The notes beneath the pieces were generated by a model. The model searched no databases. It saw nothing but the letters and a program-made list of their open reading frames with translations, and was not told where the DNA came from. 64,000 bases of DNA. Source: a virus. This document shows positions 44,867 to 54,914 of this stretch, piece by piece. How positions within the stretch are numbered: the first letter of the stretch is position 1; each line of letters starts with the position of its first letter. The stretch spans positions 36,419 through 100,418 of IMG/VR virus record IMGVR_UViG_3300046532_001046. One strand, 5' to 3'. A program made the position numbers and the translations under genes.

Positions 44867-45658
44867 AAGGGAGGCCCAATCCAGTAGCATTGTGATCTTC
44901 TCACCACAATGCCCGCACGGGGCTTCCACCTCCTCCAAAGTTGGTCCGGGCTGGTCGTCCAGCACGGTGTTGATCACTAACTTGCGATCCGCTAGGGACA
45001 AGCCCTTGGACCACTCGGATTTAATCTTTTCGGACCTGTTGTCATCCCAAATAATGGCACGAGCAACAATGGCTGTGTTCTGCTCGGCTGTATTATCACT
45101 AGCCTCTGCAATAATCTGAGCATCTTTGCCGGTGAGGTACTTAACCTTTACCTCAGTGCCATTCTTAAGGGTTAGCATCCGTGGCTCGGTAAGCGATGAC
45201 TTGGCCTCGGTGATCGGGAAGTCTTCATCCAGATTGACCTGCACCTCATTGCTCTTAGCACAGTGCCCACAGGAGACTGAGAACTCACGGATGTTGCCAT
45301 AGGTGGCTTTGATCACCCCCAGAAACAGGAGGTCTCGGTCACCAATGATCAGATTGTCCAGAACGTCTGGATTGTCTTTAAGTGTCTGTGTGCCTACAGA
45401 CACGACTGACCGACGAAGCAGAGCAGAGGTGTAGGCAGCATAGGTGAGGTCATCTATGTTGCTTAGTCGCGCCAACTCTTCCTCATCCTCCCCTGTCATC
45501 TCCCTGACTGTCGCTGTCTGTTGCCACTCACCAGACTCTGGGTCGATGACCCCACGGAGGAGGGAGACAGTTGTTGGTGCTGCCTCACCTACCTCAGGGG
45601 GTTCGTCGTGAACGGCCTCATTGATGTCATCAGCCTGTGCGGCCAAACTCAAACTCAT
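44855..45658 (-). CDS. Tail assembly chaperone
   Basis: Between tube and TMP; VREMTG.DEE, GDRD.L...I..ATYG, two CxxC motifs. Confidence 0.8.
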   Translation of the reverse strand: MSLSLAAQADDINEAVHDEPPEVGEAAPTTVSLLRGVIDPESGEWQQTATVREMTGEDEEELARLSNIDDLTYAAYTSALLRRSVVSVGTQTLKDNPDVLDNLIIGDRDLLFLGVIKATYGNIREFSVSCGHCAKSNEVQVNLDEDFPITEAKSSLTEPRMLTLKNGTEVKVKYLTGKDAQIIAEASDNTAEQNTAIVARAIIWDDNRSEKIKSEWSKGLSLADRKLVINTVLDDQPGPTLEEVEAPCGHCGEKITMLLDWASLLFG

Positions 45659-45689
45659 TGTTAACTCCTAACTAGTACGGTTAATGGTA

Positions 45690-46313
45690 TTAGAGTACAG
45701 GAATCTCGTCACCCCACTTCAGTGAGAAACCCTCGTGATGCAACTGCAACTGCTGAATCAGAATGCCGTTGTCACCAGCATTAAGGTCACTGATGGAGAA
45801 TGAACCGGGCCAAGCGTTGTAGAGTGTGATACTCAGTTTCGGAGGAAGGTTTACTCCACCCTCTCCCGATGACGGGTCCGTGTTGTACTGGTAGTTGCCA
45901 GACGTAACCGGGTGGTCATACACCCACACGTTGACAGTGCAGCGGTACTCTGAGTTGGTAACAGTATCGCCACTTTCAGCAGAATCAGCCCCACCGGTCT
46001 GGCCTCCCTGCCAAGAGTGCATGAACTCCTGCCACTTGCTCAGGGCCTTGCCCCCACTGTCGGGGAACACTCCACGGGCCAAGGACACCGGAGCGAAGTC
46101 CGATTGCCCGACCATCTTGTGTGGGTGGGTGTTCATCCCACCTTCCCGATACGGGATGACCTCGTTGGTCACAGCAATACCGGACATCTGGGCGAACCCT
46201 AGATCACCGATACCTGCTGCCATATGTGCCGTGTTGAGACCGCTGTCGGCCTGTGGAACGATTTGCACACGGAACTTAAAGTTCCGCAAAGGGTCTGTAC
46301 GGATAACTGGCAT
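45690..46313 (-). CDS. Tail tube protein (gp19-like)
   Basis: DPLRNFKFRV, GF..MSG.....EVIPYREGG, L.RG, NAWP......DL.A, L.HEG. Confidence 0.92.
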   Translation of the reverse strand: MPVIRTDPLRNFKFRVQIVPQADSGLNTAHMAAGIGDLGFAQMSGIAVTNEVIPYREGGMNTHPHKMVGQSDFAPVSLARGVFPDSGGKALSKWQEFMHSWQGGQTGGADSAESGDTVTNSEYRCTVNVWVYDHPVTSGNYQYNTDPSSGEGGVNLPPKLSITLYNAWPGSFSISDLNAGDNGILIQQLQLHHEGFSLKWGDEIPVL

Positions 46314-46325
46314 TTATTTCTCCTC

Positions 46326-48230
46326 CTAGAGAATATCTACGGCGTTTGCGCCGCCGGTCCATTGACTGACGTTCACAATGATGTACTCAGCCGGGTACTG
46401 GAGGGCCAGTCCGACCTCAACGTGCAACTCCCCGTTAGCAACGGTTGACGTTGTGTTGTTAGTAGCGTTGCAGGTCACATAGAACGCCTGACTCTCAGTG
46501 TTACCCTTCAGTCCACCCTTAGCCCACAAAGACCTGAGTTCCTGCTGTATGACAGTGACCACCTTCTGCCGCAAGTTGGCATCATTAGGCTCAAACACTG
46601 CAAATGCAGAAATAGCCTTGACACGAGCCTTGATGAAGTTCAGGGTCCGACGGATCGGAATGTACTTGGCCGGAGAAGTTACTGCGAGAGTACGGGTACC
46701 ATTAATGATGGCACCCGTGCCCGGAACCAACCGCACTGGGTTGATGTGTGCGTCGTACAGCGTGCTCTCGTCGCTCTCGGTGTAGTTAGCCACCAAGCCA
46801 AAGACATTGGCTAGGTCAAGATTGAAGCCAGCGGGGGCCTTAGCCACCGAGTGCATTCTCTCTGCCTTGCCATAAATAGCCATGACGGCACCACCCAGAG
46901 GGGCAGTGCGTAGGGCGGCTGGGCCTGTCCTAGTAGGGTCTGCAACAGTAGCACCGGGGTAGTACACCGCCCCGTAGCCACTGTTGGAGTACGTGTCCAC
47001 GAGCGTCACCGCCTCGGCTGCTGTCGTCTTAGTGACATCCGGGTCAATGATCACAAACCCAGTACCACGGCCAGACGCATAAGAGATGGCAGCGTTTACC
47101 TCGGACGTACCAGACACCCCCGGCAGGTTGATGAGCAAGTCACCAGTCACCTGATCCAAGAAGGCAACAGACGTGGTGTAATCTGCTGCCGCAACAGCGA
47201 GGCCATTAGAGCCCCCAACGAGGGAGTATACCCCTGCGTTGACCTTCGTATTGGTGTCCTTGGTAGGGGTTACTACGTTGGAAACTCGCACGTAGTCTGA
47301 GTAGTTGTTCAACAGACTCAGCACGTAGCGGTTGTGGGTGGAGTCAAGAGAAATCTCAGTCCACCTCTCCTTCTCAGCCCCATCTAGCCTAACGATCAGC
47401 GTGAAGGTGCCATACGACGTTGCGGAGGCTACCTCCCTACCATCTTCAACCTCTACGGCCAGACCGCTACTCCACGCACCAGAGTTCTCAGCAGTGAGTA
47501 GGAAGTGGTTGGCTGCTACGTTGGCGGTGTTTCCTTGGACAGAGCCAGTGGCCTTGGCAGCCACACCATTGGTAGCGCCACTAGCCAAGGTGTAGGTGAC
47601 ATCTCCGGTAAAGGCGGTGTTGAACTTGGTGCCAGTGACGTTGGAGTCAGTAGACTGTGCCGAGATGGTGATGTACTGAGAACCAGACACAGCGTCGTTG
47701 ACTTTTATTGTAGCCGACGTTGCACCAGTGTCGTTGGAGAAGGTGAGATCGTTGAAGGTCTCTACTGCCGTGCCCTTGTAGTTTACGGTGAGGTTCAAGA
47801 TACCTGAGCCGCCAGTGGTACTGCTGTCCGGGTTACCTGAGGCTTTGGTAACAACAAGGGTGATGTCGTTACCGTCAACCCCCGCCAACTTTGACGTGGC
47901 AGTAAACAGTGACTGGCTGCTGCCGTGAGTAAGAGCAAGGAGTGAGGATGTGTTAGCAACAGCACTCTGGGTGAGCACACGAACTACGTAGCACTCAACT
48001 CCCCCGTTGGAAAAGAACTGGTAAACAGAGTAACCAAGTTCATATGAGGCGTTGATGTCCCCGTAGATACTCACATAGGAGTTCCACGAGTTGATCAACA
48101 CGGGCTTCCCGAGGGGTCCCCGTGTGGTCTGTCCCACGAAGGACGCTGTGGTACGACCGGGACGATTCTCAACGACGGCCTTTAGCGGGGCCTCGTTGAC
48201 GTATACGCCGGGGCGTGTTTGGGTTGGCAT
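46326..48230 (-). CDS. Tail sheath protein
   Basis: RPGVYV.E, F.G...RGP, YYP, KAPAG, INP.R, G.RTL, YI.IRR, AVFEPND, PAEYI. Confidence 0.95.
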   Translation of the reverse strand: MPTQTRPGVYVNEAPLKAVVENRPGRTTASFVGQTTRGPLGKPVLINSWNSYVSIYGDINASYELGYSVYQFFSNGGVECYVVRVLTQSAVANTSSLLALTHGSSQSLFTATSKLAGVDGNDITLVVTKASGNPDSSTTGGSGILNLTVNYKGTAVETFNDLTFSNDTGATSATIKVNDAVSGSQYITISAQSTDSNVTGTKFNTAFTGDVTYTLASGATNGVAAKATGSVQGNTANVAANHFLLTAENSGAWSSGLAVEVEDGREVASATSYGTFTLIVRLDGAEKERWTEISLDSTHNRYVLSLLNNYSDYVRVSNVVTPTKDTNTKVNAGVYSLVGGSNGLAVAAADYTTSVAFLDQVTGDLLINLPGVSGTSEVNAAISYASGRGTGFVIIDPDVTKTTAAEAVTLVDTYSNSGYGAVYYPGATVADPTRTGPAALRTAPLGGAVMAIYGKAERMHSVAKAPAGFNLDLANVFGLVANYTESDESTLYDAHINPVRLVPGTGAIINGTRTLAVTSPAKYIPIRRTLNFIKARVKAISAFAVFEPNDANLRQKVVTVIQQELRSLWAKGGLKGNTESQAFYVTCNATNNTTSTVANGELHVEVGLALQYPAEYIIVNVSQWTGGANAVDIL

Positions 48231-48261
48231 TACGTATTCTCCTTAACGGTGGGTTACGAGT

Positions 48262-48984
48262 TTAAGACAGCACATCTAGTTCAATCTTGTCCTTGAGACT
48301 GATCTCAGCCTCTGTAGTTACCTGACCAACCCCTGTCAAAGCAGTTGCTGGTATCTCTGACGTTACAGAAAGGGTGTACACCTTTCTGAAGATCCTCTTC
48401 TTAAAGCCTGCTTCTTCGTCAAGCATGTCTGCACTACGCCAGTCCAGCAAGGACATATGGCGCTGGGTGCCGTCGATCCCAATGTCAAGAAAACCCCGCC
48501 TAAACGGAGCAACCTTGGTCAGAATGTGTGATTGCAGAGCGCGGTCATGTAACGCCGAGCGAGTAAACGTGGTGACCTGATACATCAGATCAACAGGAGT
48601 GTGCTCCAAGGCGGTAACAAACGGACTGGTTCCAGCGTTATTACTAGCCAACGTAAGAGTGCTCACGTCAGTGGTGGTGTTGGGCCAATAGGTGAAGGAT
48701 GCTGAACCATTAGTGCTGTAATGTCCAGAAGGCTGACCAGCCGGGGGGCTGTCAGACACATATGAGTAGATGTTCTGGTCGGAGTGCTGACGGACGGTGG
48801 CGTGGGTGATGTCCAGCATCTCCAGTGTGATGAACGGAAACTTCTTCTCAGTCTCCCCCTCGGGATACCGAAAGAACACAGACACATCACGAGTACTGTC
48901 TCGGTCGTCAACCAACTGTATACCAGAGAACTTAGTCTTCAGGGCCTGATCTTCAGCCAGCAGGAACCCGGAACGCTCAGGCAT
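48262..48984 (-). CDS. Tail completion/terminator protein
   Basis: Synteny; FPFIT.E, P.DL.YQV. Confidence 0.65.
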   Translation of the reverse strand: MPERSGFLLAEDQALKTKFSGIQLVDDRDSTRDVSVFFRYPEGETEKKFPFITLEMLDITHATVRQHSDQNIYSYVSDSPPAGQPSGHYSTNGSASFTYWPNTTTDVSTLTLASNNAGTSPFVTALEHTPVDLMYQVTTFTRSALHDRALQSHILTKVAPFRRGFLDIGIDGTQRHMSLLDWRSADMLDEEAGFKKRIFRKVYTLSVTSEIPATALTGVGQVTTEAEISLKDKIELDVLS

Positions 48985-49423
48985 AAGCACCCTCCGTACC
49001 AAGAGTAGTGTTCACCGTGGTGCTGATGTCGTTAGCGATGTCATTAAACTTCTTATGAACAGTGCGCCTAACAAAGGCTTGTGGAGGGTGTGTTGCATCC
49101 CCGAACTCCATGCGTGAAACCAAACCCTGCAAGTTGTCAGGAACCCCAAAGAATCCGAACTCAAGTTCTAGTACGTCGTCTACGAACTCCCCTTCAACAT
49201 CGTAGTACTCGGAGAGACCACTGTATTCAGGGTCATGCTTCAAAGACTTACGGGCATCCTTAACGTGGGCCTCTAGGGCTACGTTGGCAGCCAGCACATA
49301 AGTGTCGGGTAAAGTAGCAATCAAGGATTCTGCATACTGGGTGATCGCCAGTGTGCCCTCTACGAGACTGGGGCCATGTGTTGAGCCAGAGGCCGTGGAG
49401 AATGGGGCATTAAACTGAGCCAT
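48977..49423 (-). CDS. Virion morphogenesis (neck/tail) protein
   Basis: AAGGAG RBS; MEFG....PP..F.R motif. Confidence 0.65.
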   Translation of the reverse strand: MAQFNAPFSTASGSTHGPSLVEGTLAITQYAESLIATLPDTYVLAANVALEAHVKDARKSLKHDPEYSGLSEYYDVEGEFVDDVLELEFGFFGVPDNLQGLVSRMEFGDATHPPQAFVRRTVHKKFNDIANDISTTVNTTLGTEGAYA

Positions 49424-49496
49424 GCGTTCTCCTTACGTCCTCTGGGCATCTGAGAGGGCCTAGCGCTCGCTAAGTCCTGTACTAATGATACACCAT

Positions 49497-50033
49497 TTAA
49501 GATGGGAGAGTAGCAGGCCAAGCGTAGGTGTTTTCAACGATTGTGGTAGGTCCGGGGTCGTACACAAACTCTTGATCCACGTACTTTTCCATGCCCTCAA
49601 ACCCGATAATGAGTTCGTCTTTAACCCGTCCACGGGACCGGTAGCCAGTCACTCCGTAGTACCTGCCATCGTAGAAGAACATATCGTTGAGGTGTTTGCG
49701 ATACTCCGCAACGTCACTAATACCAGCATCTCTCATGTCCTTGACTGAAAGGACCCCGATGGCAGTCTGAACAACGAGGCGACCGTCGGCCTGAGCCCTC
49801 TTGGTGTCCTCCGTCTCCTGTATCTGTATTACCGGAAGAATCACTCCGGTTTGATACCGTAGCCCGCCGGTAGCCGACAGGCCCTCATCGTACACATCGT
49901 CGTACAGGCTGTCAGTGGCTGCTGTGGCCCCGAAGGGCTGCAACTCGTACCAGACTAGTGACTCACCCGTCTCTCGGTGGTACCTTCGGTAGGTGTCCCA
50001 AATGTGGTCTGCCTCACGACGCACATTAGTCAT
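49497..50033 (-). CDS. Head closure/neck protein
   Basis: Synteny; TAATG coupling. Confidence 0.6.
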   Translation of the reverse strand: MTNVRREADHIWDTYRRYHRETGESLVWYELQPFGATAATDSLYDDVYDEGLSATGGLRYQTGVILPVIQIQETEDTKRAQADGRLVVQTAIGVLSVKDMRDAGISDVAEYRKHLNDMFFYDGRYYGVTGYRSRGRVKDELIIGFEGMEKYVDQEFVYDPGPTTIVENTYAWPATLPS

Positions 50034-50830
50034 TAGAGGTACCTAACGCCTGAGACATACCCTTCAGGAGGATCACCGTCGATGAACACGTCGGTGCGGA
50101 GTTCATCCTGCTCCTTCTCAATGACGATCTGGCCGTCATCAATCGGGGAGTAGATGCGTTCAATCGGGCCGTAGTCACCCAACTCACGGGACTTCTGGAC
50201 TGGAACCAGACGGTTGGAGGTGCGGGAGATGCGACGCAGGTTGAAGACCTCAATGCGATCCAGACCAATGTTGAGGGCACGGGCCTTCTTCTCGTACTCT
50301 GCGGTCCAGTACGTCAACAGTTGTTGGATCATACGGAAGCGCTGAGAGGCCGGTATGTGAACAGCCTCAGAGGTAGTAACATCGATGTCCCTGCTGTACT
50401 CAGTCATTAGCCCCCAGAGGGACTCAATCATGGCGTCAATACCTATAACGTCCCTAACCACCAACGACAACTGTTCCTTGTCCATGTCCAGATTGTGCAT
50501 GTGCTGGTTCAGGGCCAGTTTGGCGTAGAAGGTCAGGTCTGCGGGGAGTAGCCACTCATAGTGGTAGCCCTCTACCAGAAGTTTCGTACCCGACGCCTGA
50601 GCAGCGCCCAGACGTAGCAAGCCGTTCCTATCATCAAGGGAATACTGGCTAGTAGTAAGTTCCGTCGTCGCTCCACTAACATAAGTTGCTATCCATAGTT
50701 TTGTTGAATCAATGTTGGGATGACCTAGGTCAAAGGTGCGTCCCGTGGCGTCAAAGTCCAACTGGAAGAACCGAGGGAAGTCCCGCAGGTAGTTCCTCGC
50801 TGTAGTTTCAACGTCAGTCAGCGCAGCCAT
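50033..50830 (-). CDS. Head-tail adaptor/neck protein
   Basis: Synteny; candidate leaderless start (TACAAT-N6-ATG). Confidence 0.6.
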   Translation of the reverse strand: MAALTDVETTARNYLRDFPRFFQLDFDATGRTFDLGHPNIDSTKLWIATYVSGATTELTTSQYSLDDRNGLLRLGAAQASGTKLLVEGYHYEWLLPADLTFYAKLALNQHMHNLDMDKEQLSLVVRDVIGIDAMIESLWGLMTEYSRDIDVTTSEAVHIPASQRFRMIQQLLTYWTAEYEKKARALNIGLDRIEVFNLRRISRTSNRLVPVQKSRELGDYGPIERIYSPIDDGQIVIEKEQDELRTDVFIDGDPPEGYVSGVRYL

Positions 50831-50845
50831 AGACCCATTGTACTA

Positions 50846-50995
50846 CTAACTGGCCGAGTCTGTTCCGGGTACGGAGTCCTGTCCGGGTTGGTTTACAGCG
50901 GGAAAGTCATCACTAATACGAGCCGGTGTGATGCGACGTACTGATGTTACGTGTACGTTAGAGTAGGTACTATCAGGTTTAGGGAGGTCAGCCAT
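50846..50995 (-). CDS. Small hypothetical protein (49 aa, MADLPKPDS...)
   Basis: Translated by hand; ATG 1 nt after the upstream stop. Confidence 0.55.
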   Translation of the reverse strand: MADLPKPDSTYSNVHVTSVRRITPARISDDFPAVNQPGQDSVPGTDSAS

Positions 50996-50996
50996 C

Positions 50997-52430
50997 TCAA
51001 GCATTCTCAAGGGCCGTTACACGGGCCTGTAGGTCTGCGATAGTAGTGTCTCGCGTCTCTACCTGTACTGACAACTCCTGAACGGCTTTGATGACGGGTG
51101 CAAGAAAGTCTATGTAGTTTAGGTTCCTGACGCCATCCTCCCCCACAGTAACCAAACTGTTGGCAATCCCCTGAGTCTCACACAGTTCCTCAACATCCTG
51201 TGCCACTATGCCCCATCGGATGGTTCCGGGGTCATCCTTAAACGTGTAAGACTGGGGCAGCAACCCATTGACAAAGTTGAGGCCGGGAACTGCGCCAAAG
51301 TCTTGCTTTAAGTCTCTATCTGAGAGACCGCTTAATCCCTGATAGTAAACCGTAACGCCGTAGACGCCTGACCATCTGTTATTGTAACTTCCACAAGTCC
51401 ATGCGTTATTAGTGTTAGGCCACATGGACGCAGTGATTAGCGAGGTGTAAATAAACTGATCTAGGGTGAAGGCCCACTCGTAACCCCACGGGTCTGATAC
51501 GAGGTAATGTGCTGGCTTGGTGGCCCCTGACGAGTGGGTCAGTGTCCTGATCTTCGGCCACTGATCGTTAATCGTGATCGTGCCGTTGCTGTGGGACAGA
51601 CTGACCTCAGCATTACTGGATACGTTTATCGCTACCGTATCGGAGCCACTGATGTTCTCGGTACTCCCCGCAACCGTGAGATTCCATTCTGTAGAACCCG
51701 TCAGATCAACTCCACCACCGGTATCATCATAGACGGCTGTGATACCAGAGTGGGAGGCATCGGCGGTGAACATAGCACCAACAATGTCCTGTACTTCTTC
51801 AGTAGTGGTGCCGCCACCACTAGCAGACCCAAGGTTGGTCCACGTCGTGGCGTCCGTCTTTACGTAGATTCTGGTCTGTCCCGTAACCGGGGTCAGGCTA
51901 GAGTCAATGCGGATCTCACCGATACTGCCTACAGCAGAACCGGGGGTCGAAGTTACGACTGTGGGGTTGGCCTGTGGTAGAACAAACACACGCTTGTCAA
52001 CGATGGCAGCAGCGTTTATGCCTGTGTCGCCGGAAGCGTAGTAGACAGCAGCCAGAAGCATGTCGGTGGTGCTGTCGAAGTCAGGGAACCGGGCGTTTGA
52101 AGCGCTCTCCCCGTTGTTGGCAGTGGTGCCCTGTAGGGCGTACACACTGAAAACTCCCCCTGATTTCTGTACATTAATCAGGACGAACTTAGCGTTCCCA
52201 GTAGCCGGGGCAGACATAGAAAGAACAGTGTCTGACGAGACGTTAAAGTACTCACCGTTGAGATAACCGCTCACCGCAGCAGCGGTTACGGTATTAGTAG
52301 CACTGTTTGTTACAGCACCACCACTCAACACTCCCGATTTCTGATAGCCAAGGGACTGGAAGTCGCCCTTGTCTGGTTCTGCCTGATCGGCGTCAGTTGT
52401 ATCTGGCCGGTTAGGAATCGTAAAGGCCAT
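50997..52430 (-). CDS. Fibre protein with C-terminal S74 intramolecular chaperone
   Basis: SDRDLKQD...GLNFV..L.P..Y...WGIVAQDV...Y.DFLAPVIKAVQEL plus coiled coil. Confidence 0.8.
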   Translation of the reverse strand: MAFTIPNRPDTTDADQAEPDKGDFQSLGYQKSGVLSGGAVTNSATNTVTAAAVSGYLNGEYFNVSSDTVLSMSAPATGNAKFVLINVQKSGGVFSVYALQGTTANNGESASNARFPDFDSTTDMLLAAVYYASGDTGINAAAIVDKRVFVLPQANPTVVTSTPGSAVGSIGEIRIDSSLTPVTGQTRIYVKTDATTWTNLGSASGGGTTTEEVQDIVGAMFTADASHSGITAVYDDTGGGVDLTGSTEWNLTVAGSTENISGSDTVAINVSSNAEVSLSHSNGTITINDQWPKIRTLTHSSGATKPAHYLVSDPWGYEWAFTLDQFIYTSLITASMWPNTNNAWTCGSYNNRWSGVYGVTVYYQGLSGLSDRDLKQDFGAVPGLNFVNGLLPQSYTFKDDPGTIRWGIVAQDVEELCETQGIANSLVTVGEDGVRNLNYIDFLAPVIKAVQELSVQVETRDTTIADLQARVTALENA

Positions 52431-52438
52431 GTCCTACC

Positions 52439-52780
52439 TCATGCGAGAGTGTCGTAGATGTTTCCGCTTCCACGCAGATAGTTGTACAAGTCTAGCGGGA
52501 GGTCGTGTGACTCCCCATCGGTAAAGTCGTAAACCTGACCAGCGAAGTACATGCGCCAAGTTCCCTTGATGCGGGCACGCTTCGTCTCAGCCTCTACGGT
52601 AACGGTTTCTGCAACCACCTCTGCTATAGGCTCGTCCTCAATAACTGGAGTTACCTGCGTCTTAGCAACTGGAGTTGCCTTCTTGGTGCGAGATGCCTTA
52701 ACCGCGAACTTGTCCATCGTTGTTTTCGGTGGTACCTTTGATGTTACTTCTTCTGCTTCTACTTCGATTTCATCAGCCAT
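52439..52780 (-). CDS. Hypothetical head-associated protein
   Basis: Directly after the MCP; AAGG RBS. Confidence 0.65.
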   Translation of the reverse strand: MADEIEVEAEEVTSKVPPKTTMDKFAVKASRTKKATPVAKTQVTPVIEDEPIAEVVAETVTVEAETKRARIKGTWRMYFAGQVYDFTDGESHDLPLDLYNYLRGSGNIYDTLA

Positions 52781-52815
52781 CTTGTGCTAAACCTTTCCGA
52801 GGGGTATATGTATCA

Positions 52816-52846
52816 GGGGGGCGGGGCTAGTAGACCCCAACCCCCC
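52816..52846 (-). terminator. Hairpin after the major capsid gene
   Basis: GGGGGGTTGGGGT-loop-GCCCCGCCCCCC. Confidence 0.6.
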
Positions 52847-52870
52847 ACGCAACACTATAACAAATCGCAA

Positions 52871-53980
52871 CTAGGCGATTGCACCACCAAGGGTGTTGAG
52901 TATGACTCGGGACTCGCTGGTGATGACACCAAAGCCCCAGATGGCATACCAAGCGAGGCCGTGCTCACGACCGAAGTCGATCACGCCGCCATCGCGCAAC
53001 TCAACCGGCAAGGCAATAGCCTGACCGAAAGCGTTGTCACCGATCATAACGGCGTTGTAAGCGTTGGCGTTCTCCTGAATACCAGCGGTGCCTGCGTCAG
53101 CATCCAACCCACTGAGGGCTGAGAGCGCCGAACCTGCGGCAGTACCATCAAGGCCCTTGGAGACCTGAGTGGTTTCAATGAAGACCACGTCGTACAGGCG
53201 ACCGATCTCACCGAGCATGAAGTTACCGGGGGCGGCGTACTTCGTTACCTCAATGAACTCGGGCCAGTCACGTAGGGAGCGGCTCTGCGACGGGTGAACG
53301 AAGCAGACGTAGGTGTCGCCCAGTCGCGGAATGTTCTCCGCAGCGAGGGTCTCAACCGCATCCTTGATGGTCGTGGGGGACAGGTAGCCCGGCGAAGCAG
53401 CCGTACCAATGGTGCCGCCATCATATGGCGAAACCGTGGTACGAGCACCAGTAGCCTTGGTACGTCCGAAGGTGATAGACGGAGCAACCGCCGAGCCACC
53501 GCCGAACGGGATACCAGCCTTGTACAGGGTGTTACGTGCTTCAATATCCATCGACTGAGCCATGTGACGGCCAAGGAGACGGGACGACGACGCCATAACG
53601 TCATCGAATGAAGCGTTGAGCAGCAACTCAGTAACTGAAATAGCCTGACCACGCTCAGAAACAACAATCTGGATCTGACTGGCCGAAAGGGCTGAAGGCT
53701 CCATACGAGTACCTTCCGTCAGTGTCGCACCAGTGTTCTGGTCGACTCCGAGGTTGGTGTAACGCATAAAGTTGACGGTGAGACCCGGCATGACGCCAAG
53801 TTCCGTCTTTTTAACAGCGAACTGCTCAAAGCGAAGTACAGGCATAGCCTGAAACAAGATTTCCTTGCTCCAGATAGTCTGAATCGCTGGGGTGAGCGCT
53901 GTGTCTGACGAGTAGCCGGTTAGCGAAGACTGGTCAGCAGCCGTCGTAATCGAACCACCAGAAGGCGCGGGTAGGGCCAT
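52871..53980 (-). CDS. Major capsid protein (N4-gp56-like, HK97 fold)
   Basis: P.LRF.QFA, PG.TV.F.RY, LTEG, YVCFVHP....L, GEIG.L..V.FIE, DFGR...LAWY. GGAGG RBS. Confidence 0.92.
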   Translation of the reverse strand: MALPAPSGGSITTAADQSSLTGYSSDTALTPAIQTIWSKEILFQAMPVLRFEQFAVKKTELGVMPGLTVNFMRYTNLGVDQNTGATLTEGTRMEPSALSASQIQIVVSERGQAISVTELLLNASFDDVMASSSRLLGRHMAQSMDIEARNTLYKAGIPFGGGSAVAPSITFGRTKATGARTTVSPYDGGTIGTAASPGYLSPTTIKDAVETLAAENIPRLGDTYVCFVHPSQSRSLRDWPEFIEVTKYAAPGNFMLGEIGRLYDVVFIETTQVSKGLDGTAAGSALSALSGLDADAGTAGIQENANAYNAVMIGDNAFGQAIALPVELRDGGVIDFGREHGLAWYAIWGFGVITSESRVILNTLGGAIA

Positions 53981-54019
53981 TGGGGATTTCCTCCGTTAGG
54001 GGACTATGGTTTTATGTTG

Positions 54020-54859
54020 TTAAAAGCGACCCTGCGATGAGGGTCGCGCCTTTAGGAGCCTGTCCCGCATTTGCATGTACTGTTCCATCGGCATATCACG
54101 GATATCCTCCGCTGACAATGTGTGCTGCTCCGTCTGAGTTTCCATTGGCCCAACAGGGGGTGCCGTTATGGGCGACCCCCGCAGACCACGCGGTTGCGCG
54201 GACTGCTGGATTGATTCCAGTATAGCACTACTGCGTTCCCTAAGTACCGCTATAGAGTTATCTATCTCTTCTTCGGTAGCGCCAGCAGCAAGATCACGAA
54301 GTTCAGGAATAATGTATTCCCCTTCTTCGTCTACACGTCGCTGAAGATAAACCTCCAACTCACGGTAACTACGCTCCTTTTCAAGCATCGCAGACTGTGC
54401 GGCACGCTCATCTTCAATCTTGGCGAGACGGCCTTCCCACTCTGACTCCACGCCCTTAAGTTTCTCATCGAACTCAGTCTCACGCTTGGTGATGAGTTCC
54501 TTGGCGCTAAGTTCATCTTCCTCCCGCCTGCGTATGGCGTCAGACTCAGCCTTAGCCAGCCGTGCAGCCTCTGACCTGTTCTCGTCGCTCTCGTGATTAA
54601 GAATGCCCAGTTGGTCTTCAAGTGTCTTGACTCGTCCATCGGAGTCCTCAAGTCGCTTGTACAACTTGTCTTTCTCCTGAGTGCGAATACGCTCTACATC
54701 CTCTTCAGTGAATGTGCGAGAAGAGGCTGACTCTTCAGTACCTACTGAAAAGGCAGTTTCAGAAACTTCAGTATTATCAACAGGTTTCTGACTGGGAGGC
54801 ACCACTACAAGCCCGGCAAGGGCTTCAGGCGTAGGGGGGTTCGTAAGTGTATCGGCCAT
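54020..54859 (-). CDS. Capsid scaffolding protein
   Basis: Acidic coiled coil between portal and MCP; C-terminal I..M.M..Y...R. Confidence 0.85.
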   Translation of the reverse strand: MADTLTNPPTPEALAGLVVVPPSQKPVDNTEVSETAFSVGTEESASSRTFTEEDVERIRTQEKDKLYKRLEDSDGRVKTLEDQLGILNHESDENRSEAARLAKAESDAIRRREEDELSAKELITKRETEFDEKLKGVESEWEGRLAKIEDERAAQSAMLEKERSYRELEVYLQRRVDEEGEYIIPELRDLAAGATEEEIDNSIAVLRERSSAILESIQQSAQPRGLRGSPITAPPVGPMETQTEQHTLSAEDIRDMPMEQYMQMRDRLLKARPSSQGRF

Positions 54860-54914
54860 AACTATTCTCCATATCTGATTTGGCTAGTAATAACTAGAGT
54901 AATGCTACTTATGC

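Noticed and set aside
37585-52430. Diversity-generating retroelement acting on the two fibre genes
   Set aside because: No reverse transcriptase in the window and no near-identical template/variable repeat pair with adenine-specific mismatches.
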